A stretch of 64,000 nt of DNA from contig CATNEN010000003.1 in the NCBI GenBank assembly GCA_950097015.1, positions 806,001 to 870,000 on the forward strand, read 5' to 3'. The notes beneath the pieces were generated by a model. It saw only the letters and a list, made by a program, of their open reading frames with translations, did not search any database and was not told where the DNA came from. The translations under genes and the position numbers were made by a program. Below are positions 63,350-64,000 of the stretch, piece by piece; position 1 is the first letter of the stretch, and every line of letters begins with the position of its first letter. This DNA comes from Macrostomum hystrix (taxonomy: Eukaryota; Animalia; Platyhelminthes).

Positions 63350-64000
63350 TGTCTTATCTCTAACGAATCTTATCTCTTCATCTCATCTCTTTCCCATCTA
63401 ATTTCTCCTTGTCTTATCTCTCCGGTGTCTAATCTCTCCCTTGTCTCATCTCTCCGGTGTCTAACTTCTCATTGTCTCATCTCTCCGGTGTCTAATTTCT
63501 CCCTTGTCTTATCTCTCCGGTGTCTAATTTCTCCTTGTCTCATCTCTCCGGTGTCTAATTTCTCCTTGTCTCATCTCTCCGGTGTCTAATTTCTCCCTTG
63601 TCTTATCTCTCCGGTGTCTAATTTCTCCTTGTCTTATCTCTCCGGTGTCTAATCTCTCCCTTGTCTCATCTCTCCGGTGTCTAATTCCTCCTTGTCTCAT
63701 CTCTCCGGTGTCTAATCTCTCCCTTGTCTCATCTCTCCGGTGTCTAATTTCTCATTGTCTCATCTCTCCGGTGTCTAATTTCTCCTTGTCTCATCTCTCC
63801 TGTGTCTAATTTCTCATTGTCTCATCTCTCCGGTGTCTAATTTCTCCTTGTCTCATCTCTCCTGTGTCTAATTTCTCCTTGTCTCATCTCTCCGGTGTAT
63901 AATCTCTCCCTTGTCTCATCTCTCCGGTGTCTAATTTCTCCCTTGTCTTATCTCTCCGGTGTCTAATTTCTCCTTGTCTCATCTCTCCGGTGTCTAATTC
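63350..64000. repeat. CT-rich 33/35-bp minisatellite (gtctcatctctccggtgtctaatttctcctt)n running off the window end
   Basis: Direct periodicity; reverse-complement relative of the 11926 array. Confidence 0.95.

Overview
Eukaryotic, intron-containing and minisatellite-rich invertebrate DNA. The repeat load and gene style resemble a free-living flatworm such as Macrostomum, but that is inference only. Manual GT-AG splice reconstruction gives five protein-coding genes: (1) a Greatwall/MASTL kinase (minus, 3 exons, ~558 aa); (2) an 18-exon, ~1169-aa armadillo-like + 3x fibronectin-III protein (plus, 6476-20641) whose introns hold large minisatellites; (3) a prohormone-4-like secreted LDLa protein (minus, 5 exons, ~189 aa), largely missed by the ORF track; (4, 5) a tail-to-tail inverted pair of paralogs (32649-41443 plus, 44694-58986 minus). 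The paralogs encode an IFIT-like TPR N-terminus, a HEPN-like NxxKH domain and a variable number of ZC3H7/HELZ2-type CCCH zinc-finger exons (three versus one), flanked by a G-quadruplex-prone 34-bp satellite. This pair is the most interesting element: a candidate RNA sensor-effector immune fusion whose sensor end is diversifying and whose zinc-finger exons appear to change copy number through the satellite. The rest is two tRNA-derived SINE families, a degenerate Ty3/gypsy RT-RNaseH fragment, a LINE remnant, MITE-like pieces and many tandem repeats. Family assignments come from motif recognition by eye, not database searches.
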